From assembly GCA_951406725.2 (NCBI GenBank), contig OX597825.1, forward strand, positions 18,104,001 through 18,168,000: a stretch of 64,000 bases of DNA. Reading direction: 5' to 3'. The notes beneath the pieces are model-generated. The model saw nothing but the letters and a program-made list of their open reading frames with translations, searched no databases and was not told the DNA's origin. The DNA comes from Octopus vulgaris (taxonomy: Eukaryota). Position 1 is the first letter of the stretch; each line of letters opens with the position of its first letter. A program made the position numbers and the translations under genes. Shown here piece after piece: positions 13,685 through 28,240 of this stretch.

Positions 13685-13807
13685 TGGCGGAGAAGCGTAA
13701 GATGAAGTGTTTTGTTCAAGAACACAATACAATGCAACGCCACGCCCGGTCCTCGAACTAGCCACCGAGTATGCAATACCCATACCACTAGTCCAAGCAC
13801 GCTCACA
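13685..13807 (-). mobile_element. SINE family F head (tRNA-like plus CORE-like tgtgttcttgaacaaaacactt)
   Basis: Reverse complement has A-box tggactagtgg and B-box-like agttcgagga, followed by ttgtgttcttgaacaaaacacttcat. Confidence 0.6.
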
Positions 13808-14082
13808 TTTATAGCGCAATATTGTTCGTTAACCCGATGTTTTCTAAAAAAAGATTCCTAACTTGGACAATAGATTCCATGTTTTTTAATGACCTGTATC
13901 TTCACGTGGACATATTTATTATTTGAAGAGCTCTGAAATGGTGACGGTTGGTGGTCACTCGAGAAACTTGTTAAGATTTGGTTTCAAAATGTCAGGGCCA
14001 ACTCACATTTCACTCATATTTTCGGCTAAAATGAAGCTTTAAAGCTATCGCATTCACCTTCACCAGTTTATATACACATTGT

Positions 14083-14284
14083 TTATTCTTTTACATACTT
14101 CAGTCATTTGACTGCGGCCATGCTAGAGCCCAACCACCTTTAGTCGAACAAATCGATACAAGTACTCATTCTATCGTTTCTTTTGCCGAACCACTAATCT
14201 ACGGGGACATAAACACACCAGCATCGGTTGTCAAGCGATGGTGGGGGAAAACACATATACACAAAAATATATACATATGTATAC

Positions 14285-14318
<34 letters not shown>

Positions 14319-14458
14319 GACGGGATTCTTCCAGTTTCCGTCTACCAAATCCACTCACAAGGCTTTGGTTGGCCCGAGGCTATAGCAGAAAACACTTACC
14401 CAAGGTGCCTCGCAGTGGGACTGTAGTTGTGAAGCAAGCTTCTTGGCACACAGCCACA
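14083..14458 (-). mobile_element. SINE family A, near full-length with small deletions
   Basis: Collinear with the other A copies. Confidence 0.9.
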
Positions 14459-14461
14459 GGT

Positions 14462-14610
14462 AGATTCAGCGTGACACAGAACGACAAGGTTGGCCCTCTG
14501 GGGTACAGGTATTATTAGTTTTTGGAAGCCGAGTGGACAGGTGCAGCGTGAAACAGAGTATCATGCTCAATGATACATCGCGTCACTGGTAATCGAACTC
14601 AGGATCACGG
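14462..14610 (-). mobile_element. SINE family F fragment
   Basis: Reverse complement gagttcgattacc (B box)...ttgagcatgatactctgtttcacgctgc; related to 13685-13807. Confidence 0.55.
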
Positions 14611-14629
14611 AATCTGTACCACGCAGGGA

Positions 14630-14800
14630 AAAATGCTTAGCAGCATTTCGTCTGTCTTAATGTTTTGAGTTCTAACTCCACTCAGATAGACTTTCATCTC
14701 CGGGTCGATAAAATAAGTACTAGCTGAGAATGAGAGTCGATGCAATCAGCTTTTTTCCTCCCCGGAATGATTGGCTTTGTACCAAAATTTGAAACCAATA
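14630..14800 (+). mobile_element. SINE family B, tail type 2, 5'-truncated
   Basis: aaatgcttagcagcatttcgtctg...gggtcgataaaataagtac...ctttgtaccaaaatttgaaaccaata. Confidence 0.8.
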
Positions 14801-15361
14801 TTAATTGTCACTTTTAAGGAACCAGATATAAGCGTATGTGAGTGCATATTCTGTACCATTATATTTAACTCTTTAACCTCTGTGATATGAATGACATTTT
14901 CACGGAAGGTTATGCTTTTAAGTTTGAGTAATTTTGACGCCGTTTCTTGCATTTTGGCCCATTCCTAAAAAACTTCGAATATACACAAGGTCGCTTTATT
15001 ATAACGTTATGAGTACAATTTGTGTTTTTAATCTATTAACTTCTGAGTGTGCTAAATATTTATTCACAGATACATGTTGTTTTCCGTATGTTTCAATATG
15101 TACACAAACTTACATAATTAAAGATAACCACCCCACACACACACACACTACAAACATACAAACACCATGACATAAATATACACACACATTCTCACTGACA
15201 CTCATTATTTATGTCTGGATATAAGTAGGTATGTAGATAGGAATGTACATACGTGCGAATGTGTATGTACCTGAGTGTCAACGTTAAAGCTTCTGTTGGA
15301 GTGTGCGTGCGTGTGTCTATCTGTGTCTTGGTGCACGTGTATGAATTTATATATGCGTGTG

Positions 15362-15364
<3 letters not shown>

Positions 15365-15408
<44 letters not shown>

Positions 15409-15488
15409 CTGTAGGAATAAGGTGGCAGAAAAAAGTATTATACACTCACGAAAACAATGTTAATCGACTAATACACGCATGCTTATAA

Positions 15489-15523
<35 letters not shown>

Positions 15524-15600
15524 AACACACACACACCCGCACACACACACACACACGCACACACACACAAACACACACAAACACACATACATACACACAG
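15365..15600. repeat. (TA)n and (CA)n microsatellites
   Basis: Visible directly. Confidence 0.9.
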
Positions 15601-17789
15601 ACGACCGCTCTCTTTCGTTCTCTAACTTTCCCACCTTTTCTCCCGTACATGCATATTTATAAAGAGAGAGACAGACAGAAAGATTTTTTTTTATATTATT
15701 CTAAGTGAATGTGTATGGTCAGTTATTAGAGCAGTGAAAGTCTACAACAGATGGCGTTGATGTGTTTGTATAGTTTTATTTAAACACACTTGTTTTCCCT
15801 GTCTGTCTTGTTCTGTTTGACTTTACTTTGCAGTTAAAATTCACTCAATTTATTCGCTGTTGTTTTAGTCTTCGGAGAGAGACAAAGACACCTTAGCAAA
15901 TATAGGAATTATCAGCAGTATTTTTTTTCCTCTTATATGTATTTACAATTCAGTTTTTTTGTAAAGTTTGCTTTGTTTATTTTTATATCCGAATGTGATA
16001 TTGCATTGATGAGGAGAAATGAAAAAAGGGGAAAATAAAATTAACGTTAAACAATATATGAGCGGTTTTTATATGATTAGTGATATTAAAAGTACCTGGG
16101 GCATGAGTTTAGAATACAGTTATACAGTTATAACTACATATTCTTCCTCTCCGTTGTCCGCCTGAATACATAAACTGAAAATTCATAAACTCATAAAACA
16201 ATTTGTGTTTATTAAATACCAGTGATGTACACCAAAATTTTCCCTTCGTTCGTTTTCAATTAATCAGTGAACTAAGGTAGAGGAAGTCCCATGACTTGCT
16301 TCAAAATTTTCAACACCGAGTCAAGAAAGAGAGGATTTGGGCCTCAAACTGGAAACGTGCTACGGGCACTCTGAAGACAGAGGGGTTTGCTAAATACACT
16401 TACGGTTGACTAAGAATGTTTAACATGGTTATGAACGAGTCCTACAGCGTCCTTTCTGTTTACCATATTTTAATTGTAGTAGGATACATTTTCTCACGGA
16501 ACTGTGCATTAGAATTGAACCCCTAAACAATTATTTGCAAAGTTAACTCAATAACATTATCCGATTCTATGTTTTGTCCCATTCTTCAAGCACTGGGTGG
16601 TTAACTACAATATTTCTCTAATTTTCCGCTGAAAATGCTACAACATAGATGGTTGGCGATATAATTATGAAAACCTCGAATACCGTGTGCATAATTCTTC
16701 TATACACATGGATATCCTATATACGTGCATCTCAAGTGTACATAAACTATGTGTAATATATATATCAAGATTTAATTTTGCCTGCTGAATTAACAGTGAG
16801 TAAATTATTAGAGAACGGGATTGAAAGAATTTCAATTCTTTTATTGCGACTGAAACATGATATCTGTGTATCAATTACACGTGTCGAGCAAAGAAGAAAC
16901 ACGTAATCTTTATTAATTCTCTTTATTAACATTTAAGTAGAATTTTTACACCTGATTACGGAGGTTGACAATGGCGCATTTCATGTCCCACTAATATTTT
17001 TTTCGCTCTTCTTTATTGTATAATCTCCAACCAGTCCTGTTAGGTTAGCTGTTGTTAGTGACAAAGTTCGTAGTATGAGATTATTTTTGTCAGTTGGGAG
17101 TTTCAGCTAATTCTAAGCAAAACGCACGTTCTAGATAAATATATTTCTGGTGAGAGGTACATCTAGCAGAATTTAAACATCTTGAATTTAAACGTCTTGT
17201 CAACCAATATTGAATAAATTGGCTTTATTGTAATGGAAGGAGGCAGGGTCCTACTTTGTGACTTGTTTAAAATGGCGTAATAATTCGAAAGCCAATAATG
17301 CATTGAGAGCCATCATATTAAACAAATTTCAGCATTTGTATTAACGACTGATAAGTTTAGAATAAAACATGAGTGTGTATAAAAGTCAAAAGTTTATCAC
17401 AATCCAACTTACTCATTAGATTGTGCCTAATAATCTACACAATAGGATCTAATTGAAAACTCATGGAATATGAAGTAGGCTTATATTACTTGGAAAGCAT
17501 GCTCTTGTTGGCAGGTTACAATGAAAGTACATTCAGCTGATGTTTTGACTCCATTAGATTACTATACATGGCAATACTGGAAATGTATTGATTCACTCAA
17601 TTAACTTAATTAGCATAACGTTCAATACGCTTGTACACAGGATCATTTGCAGCCTGATATCATCACAATTACGTAACCAATGTGAATATATTAGGAATGC
17701 TGAGAAAGGGGTAGAATGTTTATGTTTATAATTTTACATGTTTGATACATGTCCATAGACATACACATCCATGCACATTCATATGCATG

Positions 17790-17852
<63 letters not shown>

Positions 17853-17854
17853 GT

Positions 17855-18135
17855 GTCGCAATGGCCCATTGGTTAGGGCAGCGGACACGCGGTCGTAGGA
17901 TCGCGGTTTCGATTCCCACACCAGGCGTTGTGAGTGTTTATTGAGCTAAAGCTCCACGAGGCTCCGGCAGGGGGTGGTGGCGATCCCTGCTATAGTCTTT
18001 CGCCACAACTTTCTCCCACGCTTTCTTCTGTTGGCCTGCTCGCCAATGGCGTCATTTAAATGGCTAAAACAATGCGAAACGCATTGTGACCAGCGATGTG
18101 TAGCAGCATCAGATAGCCTGGTCGGTCACGGTGAT
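17855..18135 (+). mobile_element. tRNA-derived SINE family C
   Basis: A box tggcccattgg, B box ggtttcgattcc; second copy at 38563-38870 (-); flanked by (TA)n. Confidence 0.9.
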
Positions 18136-18144
18136 ATATATATA

Positions 18145-18196
<52 letters not shown>

Positions 18197-18565
18197 AAGA
18201 GAGAGAGAAAGGAAAGATGTACATACGAGAACTGCTTGTAGGAGAAATGCAACAACTATACGAATACCCATATATTTTCCTTTGACCCTATTGTTCTCCG
18301 GGAATAATAAAAAAATATCATACATATAATTTAAAAGACTGAAACTACATTTACCAATGCTGCTTTGAACAGATATTCTAACAAAATTTAACAATTCGTT
18401 AAGGAATATAACTTTAACTCCATCCCCACACAATTTGGGATAGAGTTCTTTACCTGCCAAATAATTCAATAATTTTGTTAACACAAGCCGAGCAATTATA
18501 ATTCATCGTTTCTTTTTCACCAGTCCTTCAGAATAACATTTGGCATCAAGCCCCCTTATTTAGAA

Positions 18566-18935
18566 CTAGCAGTATCGCCCGGCGTTGCTCGGGTTTGTAA
18601 GGGAAATAACTATAAAGCATTTTTAGAGAGTTATAGCCAAAAAATGGGAAAAAAATGATGGTAAATTTTTTTTAGTTAAAAAGGTCGAGTTGCGTCCCCT
18701 AGACAGTCTGTGGTTTGTGTTTCTGATTCTCGACCCCATGTCGAATTTATCGATTTTTTTCAGAACTGGGGGAACTTTTCAAAATTTTCGCTGCGTTAGT
18801 TTTGAATTATGACATTGGGCTATGTGTGTGTCAAGTTTCATCAGAATCGGTTGAAAGCCGTGGTCAGGGTGAGGGTACAACCTAACAGACACAGAGGAAC
18901 ACACACAGACAAACTGCCGTTTATATAGAGAGAGA
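18566..18935 (-). mobile_element. non-autonomous Helitron
   Basis: Minus strand: 5'-TC at 18935-18934, subterminal hairpin cccgagcaacgccggg (18578-18593), CTAG-3' at 18569-18566, inserted between A and T with no TSD. Confidence 0.88.
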
Positions 18936-19239
18936 TAAAACGTTACCCCCCGGAGTCACTTTGAACACGGTTTAGTCGATGTATCCCATTCGATACCAAT
19001 TCCAAGGAAGAGCGACACTGTCCTGACCGACAATATTTATTGCTCTGAAACATCTTCTGTCTCTCAAAGGATTGTACTAAACACATGCAGTAGTCAAATT
19101 GAAGTCATCTGTAAAAAAACAGTCATGCATGTCATGTGGAAAATCAGGTTTAAAATGTTTAAGGCAATTAGCTCTGCCGTCTCTGAAATCCTGCGCCCCA
19201 GGATTCTGTCGTAGTTCTTATTGCTCTTCATTCTGCATA

Positions 19240-19452
19240 TTGGTTAAAAATTTTGGCAAAAGGACTGTAAATTCAGGAAGAGGGTCTATTCGATTACATC
19301 AAGCCCAGTCTTCAACCGGTACTCATTTTATCGACCAGGAAAGGATGAAGGGCAACGTCAACCTCTGCAGATTTGAATTCAGAACGTAGAAGACAGGCGA
19401 AATGCAGCTAAGCTGTTTTTACCTATCCAACTGACGATTCTGCCAGCTCACT
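19240..19452 (-). mobile_element. SINE family B, tail type 2, diverged
   Basis: ggtactcattttatcgaccaggaaaggatgaagggcaacgtc...atttgaattcagaacgta...acgattctgccagctc. Confidence 0.85.
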
Positions 19453-20519
19453 GATTTCTTCATTCTACATACTAACAATATTTCTCCTGTCACTCTTACT
19501 CAAACACGCCACACCATCTGTCTTCCTTCATTACCCACGTCAAAGAAACACTGCGTGCGTCTTACGAAATAATAGTAATACTCAATAAACCAACAACCAG
19601 AACTAGAACTATTCCGCGAAAAACTTCAGATGACATCTTACTTGTTGAATTTCATTATAATCATGGAAATACAATATTGATAAACTACATTGTAAATACG
19701 CGGGTTTGATTCCTAAGTCAAATATTGGTTAAATATGATACACACTTGAGAATTTCTCGCAGGTCACGCATGGCACCTATTCAAAGCATTTCAACACATT
19801 TGTGACTAAAGATGAAAACAAAGCTAAAAGTACCCAGAAGAATTATCAGCATATTATGTAAAAAATAGGGGCGTTAGAAAATGTTAATATTTGCACATCA
19901 TGCATAACGTTACGGTGACAAACGAAGTAGATATGGTGTTACCTAAGTGAGAAATTACATTTTTTCAATGTTTTTTTTTTATAAATTGGACAATGTTAGC
20001 GTAAGTTAATCATCTTCGGTGATGTCCAACTCTGCAGTAATTAGCACAAATATAGGATTAATTGACTGTTTAATTAAAAAGGATAGCAATTGTATATTGA
20101 TGTAATTACATATGAATTTGATTATAGCCTGCTATGATTTATTCTTTGCCAGTGAATTCTACAAAAAACAAACATTAGCAAGGTCAATATCGCCTAGCAC
20201 ACGGCAATATCTCGAATAATTAATGATGTTTCAGCTCATATATATATGTGTGTAGTGTCTCTCCTCATCTCTGCACTAATTGTTTTGCCTTAGTATTTAT
20301 AAAAAGAAGCTGCATCTTTGAAACTTTACATCTGTCGGCATCAACTTTGGAGAATATGAAGTTAAACAACATTATTAGTTTCGAAAGTAAGCGTCTCGTT
20401 ACGTCCAATACATAACCGGAGCTCCACCACCACATGTCAACTAATATATAATACACACGAACACATAGAAACACATATACAAACATGCACACATGCACAC
20501 ATTCATATATATGTGTGTT

Positions 20520-20649
20520 TCTATACATATATGTGTGTATATACATATACATGTATGTCTATATATCTATATCTACCTATCTATCTATCTATATATCTAT
20601 CTTTCTATCTATCTCTCTATTTATCTACCTATATATTTCTCTTTCTCTC

Positions 20650-20696
<47 letters not shown>

Positions 20697-21100
20697 CCAT
20701 GTACATATATATCAACATAAATACATACATATATGTAAGTGTGCACAAGCATATGTATGTATGTGCATGCCGTGTGAGTGTTAGTGTGTGTGTGTGTGTG
20801 TGTGTATAAGTCAGGATATAAGTTACAAATATCCACACACGTTTGTTTGTCAGCCTATGCGTTTTGTGCAGCTGTTTTGACGGAAGATAGAAAACAATCT
20901 GTCTCAAAACTTTATTGAAAAATCTTTTTTTTTTTGCAAAATTAAAAGCCACGAATTAATATTTCATGAGAGACATAAAACCGTAAGAAGGCGATATTAG
21001 ACATATTATATTGTTAACATCTTTGAAATATATTAGCTACTGTGTAAAACTAATACGCTAACTTCGCTTCTTTATCGATGTCTTCATATTCATCTCTTAC

Positions 21101-21150
<50 letters not shown>

Positions 21151-21504
21151 GAGAGAGAGACAGAGACAGAAATAGATAGATATAGATATAGATATATAGA
21201 TACATGATGCAAATATATATTCATACTCAATTGTATTAGCCACTATCGATTTAGTTTTCCATTAGACACGTACCGGATGTAGCACTATATTACTGATGTA
21301 AACATGATGAGGAACTATAGGCGTCGACTTATATCTATAGTGCAAACATCTCTAAATATTTGCACCGTATTTATCATAATTGTATTTATTTTCATTCCCA
21401 ACACATATAACAAAATAACAAACACATATATATATATATACATTCACACAAACATATACACACATATATATATATATAATTAAACCTATATATGCATATA
21501 TGTA

Positions 21505-21573
<69 letters not shown>

Positions 21574-21605
21574 GTGTGTGTGTATGTGTGTACGTATATG
21601 TGTAT
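20520..21605. repeat. cluster of (TATC)n, (TA)n, (TG)n and (GA)n microsatellites
   Basis: Arrays at about 20560-20805, 21105-21200 and 21425-21605. Confidence 0.85.
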
Positions 21606-22145
21606 GTCTGTTTGTAGACAACCATGAAAGCATTATCTAAAGGGCAAGAGTATATTTGTTACCGATGTACAATTATTCATAATGTTACTCAAATTATTCA
21701 TCTATTCAAAAATTAAAATGGAAAATGACATAAATATACTCAGCTGAAAAAAAATCCTAGTCAATTACAATAAATTACTATGTGTTGAAATAATTAGCTA
21801 ATGTAACTATTAAGTTATATCATTTATCTTGGACATTAATATAAATATTTTGATGTATTTTATTAAACATGGTGAGATACGCTGGGTGGAGAAGAGAAAT
21901 AACGAACTAGAAAGGGTAACGCGGTGGCCTAGATAACGTAGTGAGCAGTTAATAGTTGTAGATGATGGTATTTGTTCAGATCTCCTAATAACACCTTCGT
22001 ATAATGGCAATTTTAACCAAATGTGTATCGTATTTGGTTGGCATACACAAATGGGATCTCAATCATTTTTTGAATATGAAGATCTTTGACTCCTATTTTA
22101 GTGTGGTATAACATAGCTATTCGATAACCTATATATATATATATA

Positions 22146-22765
22146 TTCGGTCATCCCAGAAATAATGCGGTTTTTTCAATTGCATGAATTTAAAGTCGGA
22201 GGCGGAGAAGATAAGCTACCTGCATCAACTTGCTATAAAAGCAGGTAGTAATCTTACCTTGTACTTATTCTTAGTGCAAGTTGTGTGAAGAGTGCAGTTC
22301 GCTTTTAACAGTTATTCTTTCGAAGTTAGAATGAAAGTGACAAAAGAGCATATTCGGCATTATTTTATTCTATGAGTTCGACAAAGACAACAACGCAACG
22401 GATTGTGAGAGGAATATTAAAGCAGTATATGGTGTCAACAGTGGTTCCAAAAATTCTGAGATGGATGCAACAGCTTGGAAGACGATCCACGTCCTAGAAG
22501 ATCTGCAGAACTCGAGGATGTCCTCCTGCAAACCCTGATGGAAGAAAATCCCATCGTAACTGTTGAGGAACTAGCAGAGAGGGTTGGATTTGGTCATTCG
22601 ACACCTACTTGCCATCGAAAATGTAGTAAATTGGTGGAATGATTTCCTTACAAACTTGCCCAGTCTAATCGTGCGCAGTGAATTGCTGTCACGTCTCATG
22701 AATTAACCTTTTTTTGGACCGAATATTGACTGGTGACAAGAAATGGGTTTTCTTTGAAAATGCAA
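22146..22765 (+). mobile_element. mariner transposon, 5' portion; transposase pseudogene
   Basis: TA followed by TIR-like ttcggtcatcccagaaataatgcggtttttt. From ATG 22331: MKVTKEHIRH..LYEFDKDNNATDCERNIKAVYG..CQQWFQKF*..LEDDPRP..LMEENPIVTVEELAERVG..FLDRILTGDKKWVFFEN (HTH region plus first catalytic Asp), with stops and frameshifts; truncated at 3'. Confidence 0.9.
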
Positions 22766-24469
22766 ATTGAAATGTAAGAAGAAAATCAATGTTCAAATTA
22801 TATAGAATGGTAGAAATCACTTATATGAACTAATGGTATGTTACTGTCAATGATTACATCGATAAGTACGCTCTTTAACCTTGTTTACAAGGGGATTTTC
22901 AGAAATTAGAATATAAAAGAACACACTATTACAGAGTTGGCATAATCCTTTGCCTTTATCGTATGGGAATGAAATGGAGAGTATCAACCAATCTAAATTA
23001 AATTCTTTGTGATGATCTTTTAGATACCAAATTAATTTACTAAGCCCTGAACTGTTGCGTTTATTACTATCCCTAAATGTAGAGTAATGATTAGAAATTT
23101 TTTTAGATAACTGAGAAGAACTACCTATATAAAAAATACATCGGTACCGGAAGTAATTTTACACTGGTATATAGAGTTTTTAGTCTTAGAATTACTAGAC
23201 ATAAATTTAATTGTGTTGGAATTGACTTCAGAGACAATAATCTTGTTGTTAATATTACTAGGGGAATGGTTAGAATTAGCTGAAATAATCTTCGTATTTT
23301 CAGTAATTGGATTCTTATTATACATACTAATATTTTAACGACAAATATCTCACTCATAAATTTATGAAAACCCCGTAGAGTGTAAAATGATGCGCAGTTC
23401 TTAACAATATTTGCTTTGGAAACTGATTCGAAAGGTTTCTGTTAAGTAGAGACAGTCAGGATGACAGGCTAAACTGTAAACTAGCGCCTGCAGCAAAAGC
23501 TCCGAAATACTGTATAATTGATTTTATACATAGTTTCTAATTTTCCTTACGTTTCAAGTATACTTTTATTAGGCCCCCGAGAGGACTTCATTTTAACTAT
23601 CAATGAGTTTTTGATACTTGTGTTTCAACTTTATTGAGTATATAACAAATAATTAAGGCTGTTTAAGGACAACCGCCATCGATTTTATTGTAAAGATTTT
23701 AAATGTAACGCATGGTGGAAGGAAAAAAAGCTACGAAACGAAGAAATTAAAAAAAGAAAACACGATAAAAATGTCTCCGCCAGTTCTAGAAAGAGGACAA
23801 GTAATTCATAACGATATTATTGCCAATCATGTTACGTTATTGACAGATTGTCTTTGCAGTTGTTTTTCCTGATTTTTGTTTTCCACATTGCGTTTATCGT
23901 GTTTCCAGTTTGCATTAAATATCCATTTTTTTTCTTCTCCTTTTGCTTTTGTTGTTCTTGTTTTTTGTATATATTCTTTTAAGCTTATCTATTCGAATGT
24001 AATGCATTTATTTATTGGATAAATGACAGGTAGCTTTATTTCAAATTACACCTGATTGAGCAAGAAACGATGCTGCCAACTACTATTCATCATAGTGTTT
24101 AAGTAAAACAAAGTATAGGAAACTTCCATACGATTGTTGCCGTTATTGTTGTTATCGTTGTTGTTGTTGTTGATGGAGTATTAACAACCAAAAGATAAAA
24201 ACAAGGAAATAAATGAATAAATAAATACATGGATGCAATAGAACGAAATAATAATTAGAAAAACAAAAGAAAGGTAGGTAAAGTTATGTAATAAGCCATA
24301 TATTAAATTTCTGACAGAATGTCATGCACAATTTTGAAGTCAGAAGATAATATTTAGCGTCATAAATATCAATAACATGGAAAAGAATTGCTTCATACGT
24401 ACATTTATATATGTATGCGTGTCTGTGTGTTGCATATACCCTCGCCATATATATATGTTCATATATTTA

Positions 24470-24489
24470 TATGTGTATGTATATATGCG

Positions 24490-24554
<65 letters not shown>

Positions 24555-24717
24555 ATGTGTGTATATGTATATATATACATATACATATATATATATAGAG
24601 AGAGATAGATAGAGATAGATAGATAAATATATAGATATATAGGTATATATATGTATACATATGTGTATGACTACATATGCACACACATACACATATATAT
24701 ATATATATATTTGTATG

Positions 24718-24763
<46 letters not shown>

Positions 24764-24800
24764 AACACATCTATGTGTGTGTATGTGTGTGTGTGTGCAC
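24470..24800. repeat. compound (TA)n/(TG)n/(GATA)n microsatellite
   Basis: Visible directly. Confidence 0.92.
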
Positions 24801-25470
24801 GAATCATAATGTTTGCTTCGGAAACACGTGTTTCCGAGTTCCTTCATAATGCATATTCTATACAGGTTTCCTTTGTAACCTTTCGCTTCTCATGCGATTT
24901 TGTGTGTAAAAAGGAGGGAGAAAGCGATTATGTACTTATATATGAGTTTGTACGAGTACATACGTTTTTACTCGCTTCAACTTGTGTGCAAGTATATACC
25001 TGCATTTATAAACGCTCGGGACTTTCTTTTGTGCATTTGTGCCTGGATAAGTTTTTCACAGGTATGTTTTGTGTGTAGCAGAGTTACAATTTACAGAAGC
25101 TTGTCAGCTCTGATATATTTTTCATACTCTTTTTACCCTACCTAGGGTTTCAATTATTTTTCCCAATTGCTTCCACCTGTATTTACTGGTACATACTCTA
25201 GATGCAGCATTTTATTTAGGAATTAACAGTAACTTTCCGATACGAATTTCTTATTGTGAGTTTCTACAAATAGACCGATTTGAAATATAGAACACATTAT
25301 ATAAATAACACAGATTGTACGGAAGACAAGCCTTAGAAAACGTTATAAGTTCGTACTGTACAGTGATAGTACAATACAAAATCATTGAAATAGCATCAGA
25401 AGCAAGACGAATGCGGCTAGAACGCAATCCTGACGAAATATATAACACGATTCTACCATGTTATAAAAAA

Positions 25471-25832
25471 CTAGCAGTATCGCCCGGCGTTGCTCGGGTT
25501 TCTAAGGGAAATAACTATATAAGCATTTTAGAGAGTTATAGCCAAAAAATAGCAAAAAAATGCATTAAAAATCGTTGACTTATCGTAGACAGTTTTAGAG
25601 AGTTACTTCCCTTATATAATAGCGGAAAATGCATTAAAATGGAAAAAAATGATGGTAATTTTTTTTTTAATCGTAGACTCATCGTAGACGCGCGCTAATA
25701 CTCAGAAGGGCTCGATATGAATGACGACTATAAGATACCCGGTTTTGGTTAAACTGCACCGCAAAATGTGGGAGTAGTTAGGAATCTAAATCGTAGGAGA
25801 CAGACACACAACTTGACTTTTATATATAAAGA
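25471..25832 (-). mobile_element. non-autonomous Helitron
   Basis: Minus strand: 5'-TC (25832-25831)...hairpin cccgagcaacgccggg...CTAG-3' (25474-25471), A^T insertion; 3' end shared with 18566-18935. Confidence 0.88.
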
Positions 25833-26244
25833 TATAGCACCACAGTAAATTCTCAGACGAGAAAGAAAAACATCTGAATGGTGTTAAAAGTTGATAGAAA
25901 TAACGGACACATCATTCAAATTGCATCCTAATTACTTAGGAGAGTAAAAATACCTATGATAACATCCTCATTGTACAAAGGCTGTCGTCAGGAAATATGA
26001 ATTGACAGCATATTCAGGGATGAAATTCTGTGAATGACAGATCTGATTTTTCAGAATATACATTAAAAAAAAAAAAAAAATTGCATCTTCAGGTATCTTT
26101 TATGTCGATGCAATTAACCTGCAACTGAATAACCTTATTTTCGATTATTATTGCCATTAAGCAATAGAATGCATCTATTGTGTCAATGAAAGAAATCACT
26201 CTTTTCTTTCAATCTTACACATTTAAAGATAATGAAAACCTGTA

Positions 26245-26247
26245 ATG

Positions 26248-26308
<61 letters not shown>

Positions 26309-26362
26309 TAATAATAATAATATTAATAATAATAATAATAATGATGATGATACTAATAATGA

Positions 26363-26446
<84 letters not shown>

Positions 26447-26454
26447 TGATGATG

Positions 26455-26494
<40 letters not shown>

Positions 26495-26531
26495 TGGTGA
26501 TGATGATGATGATAATAATAATGATATTAAC

Positions 26532-26572
<41 letters not shown>

Positions 26573-26603
26573 TGATGATGATGATAATAATAATGATAAT
26601 AAC

Positions 26604-26647
<44 letters not shown>

Positions 26648-26684
26648 TGATGATGATGATGATGATAATAATAATGATAATAAC

Positions 26685-26745
<61 letters not shown>
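26245..26745. repeat. (AAT)n/(GAT)n compound array with higher-order unit
   Basis: Visible directly. Confidence 0.95.
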
Positions 26746-26748
<3 letters not shown>

Positions 26749-26963
26749 CATGTAGAGGCCTCTTATCTCTCGTATATCCCATGTATATGTAGTTTAATGA
26801 ATTGTCTTTCTTAATAATTCTTCAAAAATAATGCTTAATTCCTTTTCTAGTTAGATTTGAATTCAGTCAAAGGAAATAAATTTTCTATCCATTTATATTC
26901 AAAATACAATTTAGATCACAGGATCATGCAAATATATGTAATGCTTTAAGCTCATACAAGAAT

Positions 26964-26966
<3 letters not shown>

Positions 26967-27046
<80 letters not shown>

Positions 27047-27083
27047 TGATAGATAGATAGATAGATAGATACATAGATAGATT

Positions 27084-27174
<91 letters not shown>

Positions 27175-27240
27175 GGAATGATAGATATAGATACATAGAT
27201 AAATAAATAGATATATATAGATATATATAGATATATATAT
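26967..27240. repeat. (TA)n plus (GATA)n array
   Basis: Visible directly. Confidence 0.95.
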
Positions 27241-28002
27241 ACATACCTATATATGTATACATATACAAATATACATACAGGCATACATACACACATTCAT
27301 ACATAGATACACACAAAAACACACAGATATATATATATATGTGTGTATGTACTTATAGACGCGTCTTTTTTTAAAATAGCCTAGCTTTTGTGTTTACCTA
27401 ATTCGATAAAAATGTGAAATACACGAAAATGCTTGCTCGCTAATTCATCATTTATTGTTCATTAATGATAAAGCTAAACATTATTGTTATATTGCCTTAA
27501 TTGTACTTTTCCTTTCAAGAATCACCATATCATACATGTGTATATCTGTGTATACATGTGTATGTCTGTGTATGTATATCTGAAAGAGCTTATGTGTGTG
27601 TGTGCATGCGTATGTTTATATATTCCTGCATTTTTGTTGATAAAATCTATTTAAGCTTCTGACACCATCATTGTACTACTATCTTGTGAATAATGCTCTT
27701 TTTTTTTTAATACGGCATTAAATTTTATCAAAAGGAAAAAAAAAGGCAAATGCTGAAGGCTGCAAAAAGCTATTAGTTAATGACGCACTATGATTGCTTT
27801 GGGTGTTGTTGTTGTTGCATTTATTGTTTATGTTCTTGGTGTTGCTGCTGCTTTTGCTGTTGGTGTGCTTGTTGATTATGTTGATTGTTGTACTGATAAT
27901 TTTTCTATTACTTTTTCCCTATTTTACCCTGCTCTTTTCATCTAAAATGCAAAGTGATGATAAAGCTATGAACTTTAGCCAATACATTTGCAAAGCTCCT
28001 CT

Positions 28003-28180
28003 ATCATCATCATCATCATCATCATTATTATTATTATTATTGTTATTATTATTATTATTGATATAATAATTATTATTATTATTATTATTATTATTGTTAT
28101 TATTATTATTGTTATTATTGCTATTATTATTGCTAGTTATAACAGTCATAGCATCATTAATACCATCAGCAGCAGCAGCT

Positions 28181-28240
<60 letters not shown>

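Noticed and set aside
17855-17930. tRNA gene calls for SINE heads (also at 7083, 38800 and 59787)
   Set aside because: A/B boxes are present but the cloverleaf is incomplete, and each head continues into a repeated SINE body.
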